Source of the DNA: Pyrodictiaceae archaeon
GTDB lineage: Archaea > Thermoproteota > Thermoprotei_A > Sulfolobales > Pyrodictiaceae
Length of the DNA: 64,000 nucleotides
Reading direction: 5' to 3'
Assembly: GCA_027036135.1 (NCBI GenBank)
Contig: JALVSY010000007.1
Span: 996,880 to 1,060,879 of the forward strand
Below are positions 9,616 through 19,788 of the stretch, one piece after another. Under the pieces are notes generated by a model. That model saw nothing but the letters and a program-made list of their open reading frames with translations, had not been told where the DNA came from and searched no databases. The number at the start of each line of letters is the position of its first letter. The stretch's first letter is position 1. Position numbers and translations under genes: made by a program.

Positions 9616-10251
9616 TTACCTTCTTTCTTTGCCCCTCTTAGAAGGCTTAGAGATACCTCTGGGCTTAATTAGTCCTCTTCTTAAAAGCTCGTTGAGGCTT
9701 CGTCTCAGCACGCGACGCACACGCCACCGTCTTTCAATGCTGCCGAATAGGCGAATAGCTGTAGAGCGGATGCTGTTCGTAATAGTTAGGTCGCGAAGTA
9801 TCTTCTTCTCTTCATCACTTAGCACGTCTTGTAAGTAGCGCAGAGCGAGCCTGGCAATATCGGCAGGCGACAAGCCAAGGTAAGGATCCTGGGGCTCCAG
9901 CTCGCTCAGGTTCTGTATAACATCAAACTCTATTATAGTAACAGTATCGTCCGGCTTAATGTTGCCATAAACCTTCCTAAGTGCTTCAAGAAGCTCGCTA
10001 AGATCCCGAAAACCGTCCTTTCGTGCATCCTCATCCGTGAGCTCTTTCACTTTCTTATAAACAACATTGGTCACCTTGACTTTTGCTACCGGTCTTCCGC
10101 CTCCATGGACTATAAGTTCGTCATACTTTACCTTAACCTTGCCAAGCCTTATAGTTGCCCTCTTACGGCCAGATAATATGTCATCAACGTATTCCCCCTT
10201 AACCATTAAGTGTCTGCCAAGAAACTTTGCTCTCTCGCCCGCTTCGGGCAA
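9616..10251 (-). CDS. ASCH (PUA-superfamily) domain protein with C-terminal helical/wHTH-like extension
   Basis: ILSGRKRATIR and LTDEDARKDGF ASCH signatures. Confidence 0.85.
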   Translation of the reverse strand: MPEAGERAKFLGRHLMVKGEYVDDILSGRKRATIRLGKVKVKYDELIVHGGGRPVAKVKVTNVVYKKVKELTDEDARKDGFRDLSELLEALRKVYGNIKPDDTVTIIEFDVIQNLSELEPQDPYLGLSPADIARLALRYLQDVLSDEEKKILRDLTITNSIRSTAIRLFGSIERRWRVRRVLRRSLNELLRRGLIKPRGISKPSKRGKERR

Positions 10252-10322
10252 TAATTCATCCCGAGAAACAGCTGGGAAGTAACGGAAGCCCTTATTAGAA
10301 ATAAGCTATGTATCCGAGAAAC

Positions 10323-10413
10323 GGGGCTATGAAGGTTCTACTATCCCGGCCCCTAGCCAGGGCCGGGCACCTGATCAAAAATGTAGTGAAGAAGGGCCAA
10401 AGCGCTGAGCCCC
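10323..10413 (+). ncRNA. Atypical C/D-box-like RNA with internal GC hairpin
   Basis: Terminal stem GGGGCT/AGCCCC, degenerate C box ATGAAGG, hairpin CCCGGCCC/GGGCCGGG (10345-10367), D' CTGA 10371, C' GTGAAGA 10386, D CTGA 10405. Confidence 0.55.
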
Positions 10414-10420
10414 AGGCTCC

Positions 10421-11557
10421 CTACTGTTCTCTGTAAATTGTTGCTGGTTCTATAACCTCATGAGGCCTTGTCTTGGAGCGTGCAGGTATTACTGAGCCTA
10501 TTTTTAGCGCCTCAAGAGGCTGTGTTGATGTTAACTTGATTTCTTCGCTTACTTCGCCATAAGGTATGTTAGTCGTAACAGTATAGGGGGCTAATGAGGC
10601 ATACGCTCCTATAATGCTATCAGCTATATAACTATGTGAACCTATCTTTGCCTTAGTGTACACTATGCTTCGCTTTATCTCCGTATAAGCACCTACGATC
10701 GAGTTATCAAAGAGAGCTACATGGTTTCTAACAAAGCTATGTGCACCTACGAGGACGCCATTACCTATATATGCCGGACCCTTTATTACAGCATAGTGGT
10801 CTATACGTGCGTCTTTTGCTACATAGACGGGTCCCTCTATCACAGCGGTACTAGATATATTGGCCTCTTTCTCTATTACGGTATCTTTTACTTTCTCTAA
10901 GTCAAGGCGTACGGCTAACAAATAGTCCCAAGGCGTATCTAGATCAACCCATTCTCCTATCCATATATCAGCTCTAAGTCCTTTGGCGACAATCTCTCCT
11001 ATAGCGTCATGAAATCCTTTCCCCTTGTTACATAATAGCTCGCGTAGTACAGAGGAGTCTATGGTTAGCAGGCCAGCGAACACGTATGGGCCTCGGCCAA
11101 TACCCGTCACGCGCTGATCTATCGGGTCAACCGTTATGCGCAGGAATGAGCCCCTCATAACGACAGGCTTTGTAATCGTGATCAAGGGCTCATAGTCTCG
11201 AAGCACCTTAGCTATATGTGAGGAGATCATGGCCTCCTCCGAGTATATATCGCCATAGAGTATCGTTATGAGTCGTTCACCGGTCACAACACTAGATGCA
11301 AGCGCAGAGCATAATGCCCCCTCTATGCCCTTTACCCGCTGCTCAACAAAGACGCATCCTCCCATATTATTGCAGTAATTTGCGACCAAATTATCATCCG
11401 AGACTACTGCTACGCTATCAAAATATTTCAACATAGTATTTATATGTATATCTATTAGTCTGCCACGAGGAAACCTTAGTAAGGATCGAGACCCATCTCT
11501 ACCCATTACAAGTTTTAGCCTCTTAGCCGAACCACCAGCTAATATGATCCCTTTCAA
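10421..11557 (-). CDS. Sugar-phosphate nucleotidyltransferase/acetyltransferase (GlmU-like) with left-handed beta-helix
   Basis: GIILAGGSAKRL, WVDLDTPWD, hexapeptide repeats; adjacent to glmS. Confidence 0.85.
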   Translation of the reverse strand: MKGIILAGGSAKRLKLVMGRDGSRSLLRFPRGRLIDIHINTMLKYFDSVAVVSDDNLVANYCNNMGGCVFVEQRVKGIEGALCSALASSVVTGERLITILYGDIYSEEAMISSHIAKVLRDYEPLITITKPVVMRGSFLRITVDPIDQRVTGIGRGPYVFAGLLTIDSSVLRELLCNKGKGFHDAIGEIVAKGLRADIWIGEWVDLDTPWDYLLAVRLDLEKVKDTVIEKEANISSTAVIEGPVYVAKDARIDHYAVIKGPAYIGNGVLVGAHSFVRNHVALFDNSIVGAYTEIKRSIVYTKAKIGSHSYIADSIIGAYASLAPYTVTTNIPYGEVSEEIKLTSTQPLEALKIGSVIPARSKTRPHEVIEPATIYREQ

Positions 11558-11640
11558 GACCTATCCCTCAATCATATTACAATAAATAACTCTCTACACT
11601 ATTATCCATAAAACAATAATTATAACATTATGTATAATAA

Positions 11641-13482
11641 TTACTCAACTGTAACAGTCTTAGCTAAGTTCCTCGGCTTGTCAGGATCCCTTCCAAGTAT
11701 TACTGCAAGCCTATAGGCGAGAAGCTGAAGAGGCGGCGTTATGGCATATGGTGCTAGTAGCTCATTCCACTCACCAGTACTAATGACTATATCTGCTCCC
11801 TTAATGTCCTCATACCCCCTCACCCCGATTATGATCGTGCTTGCACCACGAGCCTTCATCTCCATAACGTTTCCTTGGATTTTCTCCTTAAGGCTCTCCA
11901 GTGGGGGTGTACCTAGGAATATAACGGGGAAGCCGGGCTCAACAAGAGCTATTGGGCCATGTTTGCTCTCTCCAGCAGGATAAGCCTCGGCATGTATGTA
12001 ACTAACTTCTTTTACCTTAAGGGCTCCTTCATAAGCTAGTGGTATGCCTAGCTCTCTCCCAAGAATATACATGTTTCTAGCCTCTTTGAGCTTCATGACG
12101 AGTCTCTCAATAATCCTAGAGGATCTCTCAATAGAGATAGATGCAGCCTCACCTGCTCTTCTAAGTTTCTCGATAAGCTCTTTGTGCTCGTTCTTAGTAA
12201 TAGTTCCTTTATTTACTCCAAGGTGTAGAGCTAGGAATGTTAATGCAAGCACTTGTGTGAGAAAGGTCTTGGTTGCTGCTACTCCTATCTCAGGCCCCGC
12301 TCTAGTATATATCGTCCTATCTGATTCGCGTGGAATAGAACTACCTATGACATTCGATACCGCTACAATCCTTGCTCCTCTATTTTTAAACGCCCTAAGG
12401 GCTTGTAAACTATCTATTGTTTCGCCGCTCTGACTCACAACTATTAGGGCCGTATTCTCGTCCGCAAGCCTGCTATAGGTAGTGTATTCGCTTGCAATAA
12501 ACGGTACAATCGGCTCTTTTGCGAAGAGTGATGAATAATACATAAACACTAATGAAGCGTGATAACTAGTCCCAGCACCCGTTATAAATATCTTATCCGT
12601 ATCCAGTAGGAGTTCTGCTGCCTTCTCTACCTCGTTACTAGAGACAAGCCCCGTATAGGTCTCGTAAAGTACTCTTGGTTGCTCCATAATCTCTTTCAAC
12701 ATGTAGTGTGGATAGCCGCCTTTCTCGGCGTCCTCTAGGCTCCAAGTGATTGTTGCGACTCTTCGTCTCCACTCAACTGGTTTCCCGCCTCTCTCTATGT
12801 ATACTTTGTAGGGTTCGATGTACCCATACTCTCCGTCATTGAGCACAATGAATTTCCTAGTATAGGCTAGCATTGATGGAATATCGCTGGACAACATGTT
12901 AAAGCCTATACCTAGTCCAATAAGCAGTGGGCTAACGTTTCTAGCAAAGTATATTCTGCTGGGCTCGCCGCGATATATGACCGCAAGGGCATATGAGCCC
13001 TCTATCATCTTTAATGTTTTCTTAAATGCGGTAAAGAAGTCGTTTTCTACTCTATTGAAATGCTCTAGGAGGTGAGCTACAACCTCTGTATCAGTATCGC
13101 TTCTAAACCGGTGTCCTTTACTTATAAGCCATTCTCGTAGTTCTGCAAAGTTCTTAATAATACCGTTATGGACTACAGCTATCTTGGAATCACAGTCTAG
13201 ATGTGGATGTGCATTAACTTGGTTCGGTTCCCCATGGGTTGCCCAACGCGTATGAGCTATGCCAGCTATAGCACAATAATTAGAGACCATGTATTGGTTA
13301 ACGACCTCGTCTATCCTGCCCTTGTTCTTAAATACCTTTAGATTAAGTGAGCCGCACTCTATGAAGGCGAAGCCAGCGCTATCGTAGCCACGGTACTCTA
13401 GTCGTTTAAGCCCCTGTATTAGCATAGGCACTACATTAGGTACTTGGTCTGGATCGGCAGTAACGCCAACTATCCCGCACAA
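11641..13482 (-). CDS. glmS: Glutamine-fructose-6-phosphate aminotransferase
   Basis: MCGIVG, LEYRGYDSAG, HTRWATHG, SQSGET, C-terminal PRNLAKTVTVE. Confidence 0.97.
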   Translation of the reverse strand: MCGIVGVTADPDQVPNVVPMLIQGLKRLEYRGYDSAGFAFIECGSLNLKVFKNKGRIDEVVNQYMVSNYCAIAGIAHTRWATHGEPNQVNAHPHLDCDSKIAVVHNGIIKNFAELREWLISKGHRFRSDTDTEVVAHLLEHFNRVENDFFTAFKKTLKMIEGSYALAVIYRGEPSRIYFARNVSPLLIGLGIGFNMLSSDIPSMLAYTRKFIVLNDGEYGYIEPYKVYIERGGKPVEWRRRVATITWSLEDAEKGGYPHYMLKEIMEQPRVLYETYTGLVSSNEVEKAAELLLDTDKIFITGAGTSYHASLVFMYYSSLFAKEPIVPFIASEYTTYSRLADENTALIVVSQSGETIDSLQALRAFKNRGARIVAVSNVIGSSIPRESDRTIYTRAGPEIGVAATKTFLTQVLALTFLALHLGVNKGTITKNEHKELIEKLRRAGEAASISIERSSRIIERLVMKLKEARNMYILGRELGIPLAYEGALKVKEVSYIHAEAYPAGESKHGPIALVEPGFPVIFLGTPPLESLKEKIQGNVMEMKARGASTIIIGVRGYEDIKGADIVISTGEWNELLAPYAITPPLQLLAYRLAVILGRDPDKPRNLAKTVTVE

Positions 13483-13577
13483 GGGCCTTCCCTATTCAAG
13501 CCTTAGTACAAGTTATCAAAATATGAGGTAAAAAGAATACTATTTTAAGCACTTGCTACGCGCGGAACTTGTATATG

Positions 13578-13644
13578 GGCATATGATGAATGAACCCTGT
13601 AGCGAGCAATACCCGGTATGAGCGTCCTTCAGCGTACTGATGCC
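13578..13644 (+). ncRNA. C/D box guide sRNA
   Basis: Terminal stem GGCA/TGCC flanks C box ATGATGA (13583-13589) and D box CTGA (13637-13640); internal boxes are degenerate. Confidence 0.7.
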
Positions 13645-13656
13645 TTTTCATGTTCA

Positions 13657-15558
13657 TTAATTAGTTTTTGTGCGTTCCTCTTGTCTAAGAGTGATACTTT
13701 TCTCCAAGTATACTAGGCTTGGTCTCTGGGATACGTAACGTGGAAGTGTTTGTTGGACCCGTGGATACCCGCGTATGTCGTTTATTACTCGCTGTAGCAA
13801 TTCCTCTGGTGTTAACGCTATTCTGTCATTAGTTCTACGTATTGTAACGTTTATAGTTCCTGTTTCAACTTCTCGTGCACCTATTACACCTATATAGGGT
13901 ATCCATTCCCTTGCTGCATCCCTTATGCGTTTCCCAAGGCTTAGATCCCTATCATCTATGTCTACTCTTACAAGATTCTCTTCGAGGAGTGTAGCGGTTT
14001 TTTCTGCAAGGTTAAGCTGTTTCTCGTCCTTCGGGTTAAGTGGTATTAATCTAACCTGTATAGGGGCAAGCCATGTTGGTAGGTAGGGTGTCTGGCCTTT
14101 TTGCTCTGTCTTAACTGCTGAGTCAAATATCATGTATATGTAGCGCTCAACAGAGCCTATAAGAGCTGTATGTATAATGATTGGGTATTTCTCGTTATTA
14201 TTCTCGTCAACGTATTTTATCCCAAACCTTTTCGCATTACCTATATCGAATTGATATGTTGCTATCTCGCGAGGACGCCCAGCGGAATCTACTATGTGGT
14301 ACTCAACATTAACGACCCAATAATATATGCCAGCGGGATATAATGCTATCAGAGCTGGTTTTCCATCCCTCCTTATTAGCTCTAGTAACATGTCTCGTTT
14401 TTCTTCCCAGAAGTCTTCAGTTACGTTATAAACAGCGTAATATTCTTGTCCTAGCTTTTTAGCCTCTCTATGAATTACTTCCTGTAGCTTCTCGCTTACT
14501 TTTACAGCCTCTTCAAGGCCCTTTGTGAGGATGTGGAGGTCTGGCATGTAGAATCTTCTCAGTCTAAAGCAGAGGGTTACCTCACCGCTCTGTTCTAATC
14601 GGTAACTATCCGCTACCTCGAACATCCCAAGGGGTAGGTCTCGGTAGCTTAGCACGTAGTCTTTTAGCATTGCGAATTGTTGGTGACAAGCAGCGTATCT
14701 AAGAACCAGGTGCTTCCTATCGGTCCAAATCTCGTAGAGTCTATCTCCATAGAGCTGTGCATGTTCATAAACTGGTTTCGAAGATAGGTCGAACATGTTT
14801 GTTCCTCTTATTTTGAGGACGGGTATTCCTAGGGTTCGCGCTAGTAGCCATGCATATTCCGATACGGCATCTATTAGAAGAGACGCGTGTGGCTCGTACC
14901 TCATGTGTCCATAGTCTCCCATAGGCTCCCATTCGAAGCCGAACTTTGAGCAGAGCTCGTTAACAGGGTTCTCCACTTCTCCTATCTCTTTACCGAGAGC
15001 TTCTTTCTCTATTAGTATCTTCATTTCCTTAGAGGCTTTTTTGAGATATTCTTCGGGTTCGTATACCTCGCCGCTCGGTGTTAGCACGAAGTACTTCTTT
15101 TCTATCTTCGGCCTAGTAATGGTCTGCGGTGTATATGACCTGGATAGTTCGGATAAGGGGTGGCCTAGACAATGTAGCTTAAATTCCTTATACCAGCCGA
15201 ATGGCGCCCTATATACAGTGTAAGCATCTTTAGCAATATTGTCTAGTTTTTCTGCTAGCATTCTCAGAATCTTAACCGCTATGTGGCCTGGGGCAAGCTT
15301 GCTTGATAGATGAGCATAAGGATATACGAGGACATTCTTAGCTCCAACTCTTCTCGCTACATCATCTATATCTAGGGCTGCTTTCTCGACGACATCGGAG
15401 GGAGCTTGTGCATCTACCTCTTCAACTGTTGTAAAAGCTACTAAGACATTCTCAAGGTGAAGCGACTCAGGAACCGCTCCTAGCTCTTCTGCATCGGCTA
15501 TGGCTTTTGACCTTGCCTTGTAATAGAACTCCTTTGCATGAATAAGAAGTGCTTTCAA
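13657..15558 (-). CDS. thrS: Threonyl-tRNA synthetase, archaeal type with N-terminal editing domain
   Basis: YPYAHLS and RAPFGWYK editing motifs; LRYAAC, SYRLEQSGE, RLRRFYMPDLH, PTWLAPIQVR. Confidence 0.96.
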   Translation of the reverse strand: MKALLIHAKEFYYKARSKAIADAEELGAVPESLHLENVLVAFTTVEEVDAQAPSDVVEKAALDIDDVARRVGAKNVLVYPYAHLSSKLAPGHIAVKILRMLAEKLDNIAKDAYTVYRAPFGWYKEFKLHCLGHPLSELSRSYTPQTITRPKIEKKYFVLTPSGEVYEPEEYLKKASKEMKILIEKEALGKEIGEVENPVNELCSKFGFEWEPMGDYGHMRYEPHASLLIDAVSEYAWLLARTLGIPVLKIRGTNMFDLSSKPVYEHAQLYGDRLYEIWTDRKHLVLRYAACHQQFAMLKDYVLSYRDLPLGMFEVADSYRLEQSGEVTLCFRLRRFYMPDLHILTKGLEEAVKVSEKLQEVIHREAKKLGQEYYAVYNVTEDFWEEKRDMLLELIRRDGKPALIALYPAGIYYWVVNVEYHIVDSAGRPREIATYQFDIGNAKRFGIKYVDENNNEKYPIIIHTALIGSVERYIYMIFDSAVKTEQKGQTPYLPTWLAPIQVRLIPLNPKDEKQLNLAEKTATLLEENLVRVDIDDRDLSLGKRIRDAAREWIPYIGVIGAREVETGTINVTIRRTNDRIALTPEELLQRVINDIRGYPRVQQTLPRYVSQRPSLVYLEKSITLRQEERTKTN

Positions 15559-15734
15559 GATGTTACACCATTGATGCTCATACTTCTTGCTACCTAGGCG
15601 TTTTTAGCGCAGTCAAGGGGAATATAAGATTAGAGCTTACGGCCGTCTCCACGTCGTAATAGAATAGTTTCGGCCAGGTAAAGAGTAGTATATAAGGGTA
15701 CTACTCACCCCTCTCAGCTACGGGTTAGAAAGGT

Positions 15735-16706
15735 ATGGCAAAAAAGGAAATCAAGACCATTACAGACTTGCCTGGAGTAGGCCCAGCCACCGCTAATAAG
15801 CTAATAGAAGCAGGATACGGAACACTAGAGGCGATAGCGGTAGCAACGCCCCAGGAGCTAAGTGCAGCAGCAGGAATACCCTTAACGACGGCGCAAAGGA
15901 TAATCAAGGCTGCACGTGAGGCCCTTGATATACGTTTCAAGACAGCACTAGAGATAAAGAAAGAGAGGCTAGCAGCAAGGAAAATTACGACAGGGAGTCG
16001 TAACCTCGATGACTTGCTTGGAGGCGGGATAGAGACTCGAATGATAACAGAGTTCTTTGGCGAATTCGGTAGCGGTAAGACGCAGATCTGTCATCAATTA
16101 GCAGTAAATGTGCAGCTGCCGCAGGAAAAGGGTGGGTTAAGCACGAGCGATGCAGTAGCTAAGGCTGTATACATAGATACTGAGGGGACTTTTCGATGGG
16201 AACGTATAGAGAACATGGCTAAGCGATGGGGCCTTGACCCGGACGAGGTAATGGCTAACATATTCTATATACGTGCAATAAATAGTGACCATCAAATGGC
16301 CATAGTTGATGAACTCTTCAACTTGGTTCCAAAGGAGAACATCAAGTTAGTAATAGTTGACTCGGTTACTAGTCACTTTAGAGCAGAGTATCCTGGCAGA
16401 GAAAACCTGGCAGCACGCCAGCAGAAGCTAAACAGGCATCTGCATCAACTAGCTAGGTTAGCTGAGATATACGACTTAGCAGTCATAATAACAAACCAGG
16501 TAATGGCGAGACCAGATGTATTCTATGGCGATCCTACTCAAGCTGTTGGCGGGCACGTACTAGGGCATGCCCCAGGCGTGAGGGTGCAATTGAGAAAAAG
16601 CAGAGGAAATAAGAGAATAGCTAGAGTTATTGATGCACCACACTTACCAGAGGGCGAGGCCGTATTCGTAATAACAGACTATGGTATAGCTGACCCCGAG
16701 GAATAA
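15735..16706 (+). CDS. radA: DNA repair and recombination protein RadA (no intein)
   Basis: N-terminal Hh[29 protein letters not shown]. Confidence 0.98.
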   Translation: MAKKEIKTITDLPGVGPATANKLIEAGYGTLEAIAVATPQELSAAAGIPLTTAQRIIKAAREALDIRFKTALEIKKERLAARKITTGSRNLDDLLGGGIETRMITEFFGEFGSGKTQICHQLAVNVQLPQEKGGLSTSDAVAKAVYIDTEGTFRWERIENMAKRWGLDPDEVMANIFYIRAINSDHQMAIVDELFNLVPKENIKLVIVDSVTSHFRAEYPGRENLAARQQKLNRHLHQLARLAEIYDLAVIITNQVMARPDVFYGDPTQAVGGHVLGHAPGVRVQLRKSRGNKRIARVIDAPHLPEGEAVFVITDYGIADPEE

Positions 16707-16760
16707 CTTAATGGTAGCTCACGAAACCTTATAGCTAGAGCGATGGCGTGCACAGCCCTA

Positions 16761-17171
16761 TCATAGTTGTTTACATATAGCGCACTCACTTATCCTTTCA
16801 ATAGGGAGCACAAATCTAGATTTTTTCCAATTGAACTCCATGCAGCAGTTATCTATGCAGAGAATGGGTTGGCGAAGTCTTAGGTTAAGCCCGCTAAGTT
16901 CATCACTAATAATCAAATTCTTAAATTCAATAGATAAACCTACACCACTACATATGAATAGCTTATCCTTAAGTCCCTTGGCTATGAACATGATAACGGA
17001 TATACTCTTATCCCCGCACTTAAGCTTATAGATGGATTCAAATATAACATGGGTTATGGCGTTAGGGTTTCTACTCTGATAAGGAAGCTGTAATGACTTG
17101 CCTTGTTTCTCGATAACACAGTTTGGAAACACTCTTCTTAGAGAAGCATCGTAATTAGTCTTGGTGTTCAC
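16761..17171 (-). CDS. Hypothetical Cys-containing protein
   Basis: 136-aa ORF filling the gap between radA and the peptidase gene; no motif recognised. Confidence 0.45.
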   Translation of the reverse strand: MNTKTNYDASLRRVFPNCVIEKQGKSLQLPYQSRNPNAITHVIFESIYKLKCGDKSISVIMFIAKGLKDKLFICSGVGLSIEFKNLIISDELSGLNLRLRQPILCIDNCCMEFNWKKSRFVLPIERISECAICKQL

Positions 17172-17195
17172 CAGCTAGCACCGCGGGGAAAGAGC

Positions 17196-17894
17196 TTGAT
17201 ATTAGAGATTATAACAGTTATAGTTCTAATCGTGCTTTCGCTATACGATATGAGGACACGGGAGCTTCCACGTGGCCTTGTGTATTCATCATTATTCCTT
17301 CTCCTTGTGGGCAGAATACTATATGGCATAAGCATGCCTCATAAACTTCTCTTGATCTATGCCATATTCGACTCTATCCTTCTAGCTATGATGGCGCTCA
17401 TGGCCGGGCTAGGACTCATAGGGTGGGGTGACGTAGCGGCGCTCACGATAATAACTGTCTCGTCGCCAACACCTAGTTATGCGGCACGCATAATGCCACC
17501 ACTGTTACTCGTACTCATATACTATGTGATAGTGGTTGGAATCATAATGGTTTTCACAGCAATATATAATGTAATATTCCATAAAGAGGCATTATCAGAA
17601 CTACCTGGTCGCTACAAGGTAATATATCTCTTTATAGCTAGGCCTATGAAGGTTCAAGAAATACTCAAAAAGCCTGGATGGTGGTATCCATTAAACCTTT
17701 GCGGGGAATACAAGATATCATTCAATATATACCTAGATCCACCCGATATAGTAAAACAAGTGAAGCAAGCATTAAACAAGGGCTGTATAAAAAAAGACTC
17801 AATAATATGGGTGACCTATGGCTTGCCGGGTCTGCCAATAATAACACTTGCCTATATTCTTGCATTAACAATTGGAGATAAACCCTTTATATAG
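17196..17894 (+). CDS. Prepilin/prearchaellin peptidase (A24, PibD/FlaK-like)
   Basis: SLYDMRTRE (first Asp), IGWGD (GxGD), multiple TM helices, C-terminal IWVTYGLP. Confidence 0.85.
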   Translation: MILEIITVIVLIVLSLYDMRTRELPRGLVYSSLFLLLVGRILYGISMPHKLLLIYAIFDSILLAMMALMAGLGLIGWGDVAALTIITVSSPTPSYAARIMPPLLLVLIYYVIVVGIIMVFTAIYNVIFHKEALSELPGRYKVIYLFIARPMKVQEILKKPGWWYPLNLCGEYKISFNIYLDPPDIVKQVKQALNKGCIKKDSIIWVTYGLPGLPIITLAYILALTIGDKPFI

Positions 17895-17903
17895 CCGAGG
17901 AGA

Positions 17904-18431
17904 GTGAATGAAGCCATGACTCAATGGTTAAGACTATTATACGCTCCCTGGAGGTTCACGTATATAAAATCAATATCAGAGAAAAAGGATCATACATGCA
18001 TATTCTGCGAAGCCCCCAAACGAGACGACGACGAGTCCCTCATACTGGCTAGGGGTACATATAGCTACGTTATAATGAATCTTTATCCGTACAATACAGG
18101 GCATGTAATGGTTGTTCCCTATAGGCATGTTCCTAGTCTAGAAGACCTAGACGAAAGCGAGGCAGCAGAAATATTCAAGTTCATAAAAATATCGATGAAG
18201 GCGCTGAGAGAGGCAATGAATCCTCATGGATTCAATATAGGTGTAAACATAGGTAGGGTAGCCGGAGCAGGAATAGATAAACATGTTCATGTACATATAG
18301 TTCCTCGCTGGAACGGTGACGCAAACTTTATGCCAGTAATCGGCGGTGTTAAAGTAATATCACAAGACGTGCGAGAAACATATAGATTGCTCAAACCAAT
18401 ATATAAAAAGTACCTTGGAGAGAAGGTATAA
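17904..18431 (+). CDS. HIT-family hydrolase (Ap4A phosphorylase-like)
   Basis: APWR, CIFC, NLYPYNTGH, HVHVHIVPRW. Confidence 0.92.
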   Translation: MNEAMTQWLRLLYAPWRFTYIKSISEKKDHTCIFCEAPKRDDDESLILARGTYSYVIMNLYPYNTGHVMVVPYRHVPSLEDLDESEAAEIFKFIKISMKALREAMNPHGFNIGVNIGRVAGAGIDKHVHVHIVPRWNGDANFMPVIGGVKVISQDVRETYRLLKPIYKKYLGEKV

Positions 18432-18445
18432 GAAGAGAAGACATG

Positions 18446-18832
18446 TCATTGTTGCAAATATGCTTGAACTCTCCTGATAAATGTCTCTATGTCATTCAAG
18501 TTTCTTAGAATCTCATCACGAGCCTCGCTGAGCCCCCGTGTCCCAAGCCTCATAACTCTAACTCTTAGTGCTCGAGCATATTCAGCAAGCAAGTGGGCAC
18601 GATTACTGTATCCTCGAGCCTCAGCTACCCCGGCGTGATGGAGCTCGGTTAAAATGCTGTATAACTTACTAAAGTCGCGTTCTAGTGCACCACTCATCAA
18701 GGAGTAATCTATGTTAATAAGCTCTTGTTTTACAGATTCAAGAATAGATAGCGCCTCACTTACTAGGTGCTGAGCTTTCTTCGCATCCACTTTTGCTCCT
18801 AAAAACCATGCGTCTACGCTCATAATCTGCAA
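18446..18832 (-). CDS. Hypothetical helical protein
   Basis: Amphipathic-helix-rich ORF overlapping the upstream small wHTH gene; start uncertain. Confidence 0.6.
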   Translation of the reverse strand: MQIMSVDAWFLGAKVDAKKAQHLVSEALSILESVKQELINIDYSLMSGALERDFSKLYSILTELHHAGVAEARGYSNRAHLLAEYARALRVRVMRLGTRGLSEARDEILRNLNDIETFIRRVQAYLQQ

Positions 18833-18995
18833 CCCTCTCCACCTTACCCGTCCTAATAAGCTTTGAAAGAATCTCCCGTACCTCTATTTTTCTTATACCC
18901 TCATGGCTGCCTAATAGTTTCTCATAAACCTCGTTGAAGGCTAGTCCGCGCTTACTTCGACAAAGGATTTCAAGTACCTCATGTTCTAGGCTCAT
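18756..18995 (-). CDS. Small winged-helix protein
   Basis: VLEIL...LAFNEVYEKL...EVREILSKLIRTGKVER pattern typical of wHTH. Confidence 0.7.
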   Translation of the reverse strand: MSLEHEVLEILCRSKRGLAFNEVYEKLLGSHEGIRKIEVREILSKLIRTGKVERVADYERRRMVFRSKSGCEESSAPSK

Positions 18996-19126
18996 GGCCT
19001 CGCTTCCCCCTTAATGTTGTTAGGACTGTCACGAGCCTTAATTAAGTAGCTCAACCATACTAGTGACACGACAACTAGGCGATAGGCAAGCGTAGAGTAA
19101 TATTAAATAATAAGCTATGGTGATGC

Positions 19127-19327
19127 GTGTTGAGTTTGAGCGAAATAGAACTCGAGATAGTGGAAAAGTATGAACTCTTAGGCGAGAAACGTTATCGGGT
19201 AAGGATAAAGGGTACATCAATATACCTAAATGTAGCCGCTAATAACGAGCAAGAAGCAATTAATAAGGCAAACAAGATGATAAAAGAGCTTAGTCTTGAT
19301 AAACTCGTAAGAGAAATATTTAAATAG
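19127..19327 (+). CDS. Small hypothetical protein (beta-beta-beta-alpha pattern)
   Basis: YRVRIKGTSIYLNVAANNEQEAINKA; protein-like composition. Confidence 0.6.
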   Translation: MLSLSEIELEIVEKYELLGEKRYRVRIKGTSIYLNVAANNEQEAINKANKMIKELSLDKLVREIFK

Positions 19328-19336
19328 TCTTGGAGA

Positions 19337-19588
19337 CTAAATCCTCTTTACTGCTTGCTTTGCTTTAAGAGATTCTTCGAACTCCTTGATGACTTCTCTT
19401 GCTGCTCGCTTAAACTCGCTTTCATCTAGTCGCTCAATAAATAATTTAAAGAATTTTGCTAGACAACTCTTGCTATGAAAGGCAAGCTCTATTCCAGCTC
19501 TTCTAATCACTATTCCCTGTCCTTCAGGAAAATAGCGTCCACACACTATGCAGCGATATCTCCGCGGCTTCGGCAACCCTGTTTTCAC
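19337..19588 (-). CDS. TRASH/L24e-like zinc-binding small protein
   Basis: CIVCG...GQGI...FHSKSC metal-binding pattern. Confidence 0.7.
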   Translation of the reverse strand: MKTGLPKPRRYRCIVCGRYFPEGQGIVIRRAGIELAFHSKSCLAKFFKLFIERLDESEFKRAAREVIKEFEESLKAKQAVKRI

Positions 19589-19788
19589 CCCAAGGAGGCC
19601 TGGGACCTAACTTATATTAACCTATTGCATAAGAAATCTAAGAGTGCTAAATCTACTCTGGGGCCTAGAAAAGAAGTTAGCTACTCGCTTAAACCGCGGC
19701 TCTAGATGCAGCTGGCCTACCAAGTGAGTATTGAGAGGGGTGCTGCGGGGTAAAGGTATAGGAGTATGAATGGAGAGGTAGATGTAAC

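Noticed and set aside
15735-16706. Inteins in RadA, Lhr or Top6
   Set aside because: Protein lengths are ordinary and there are no intein splice motifs or insertions
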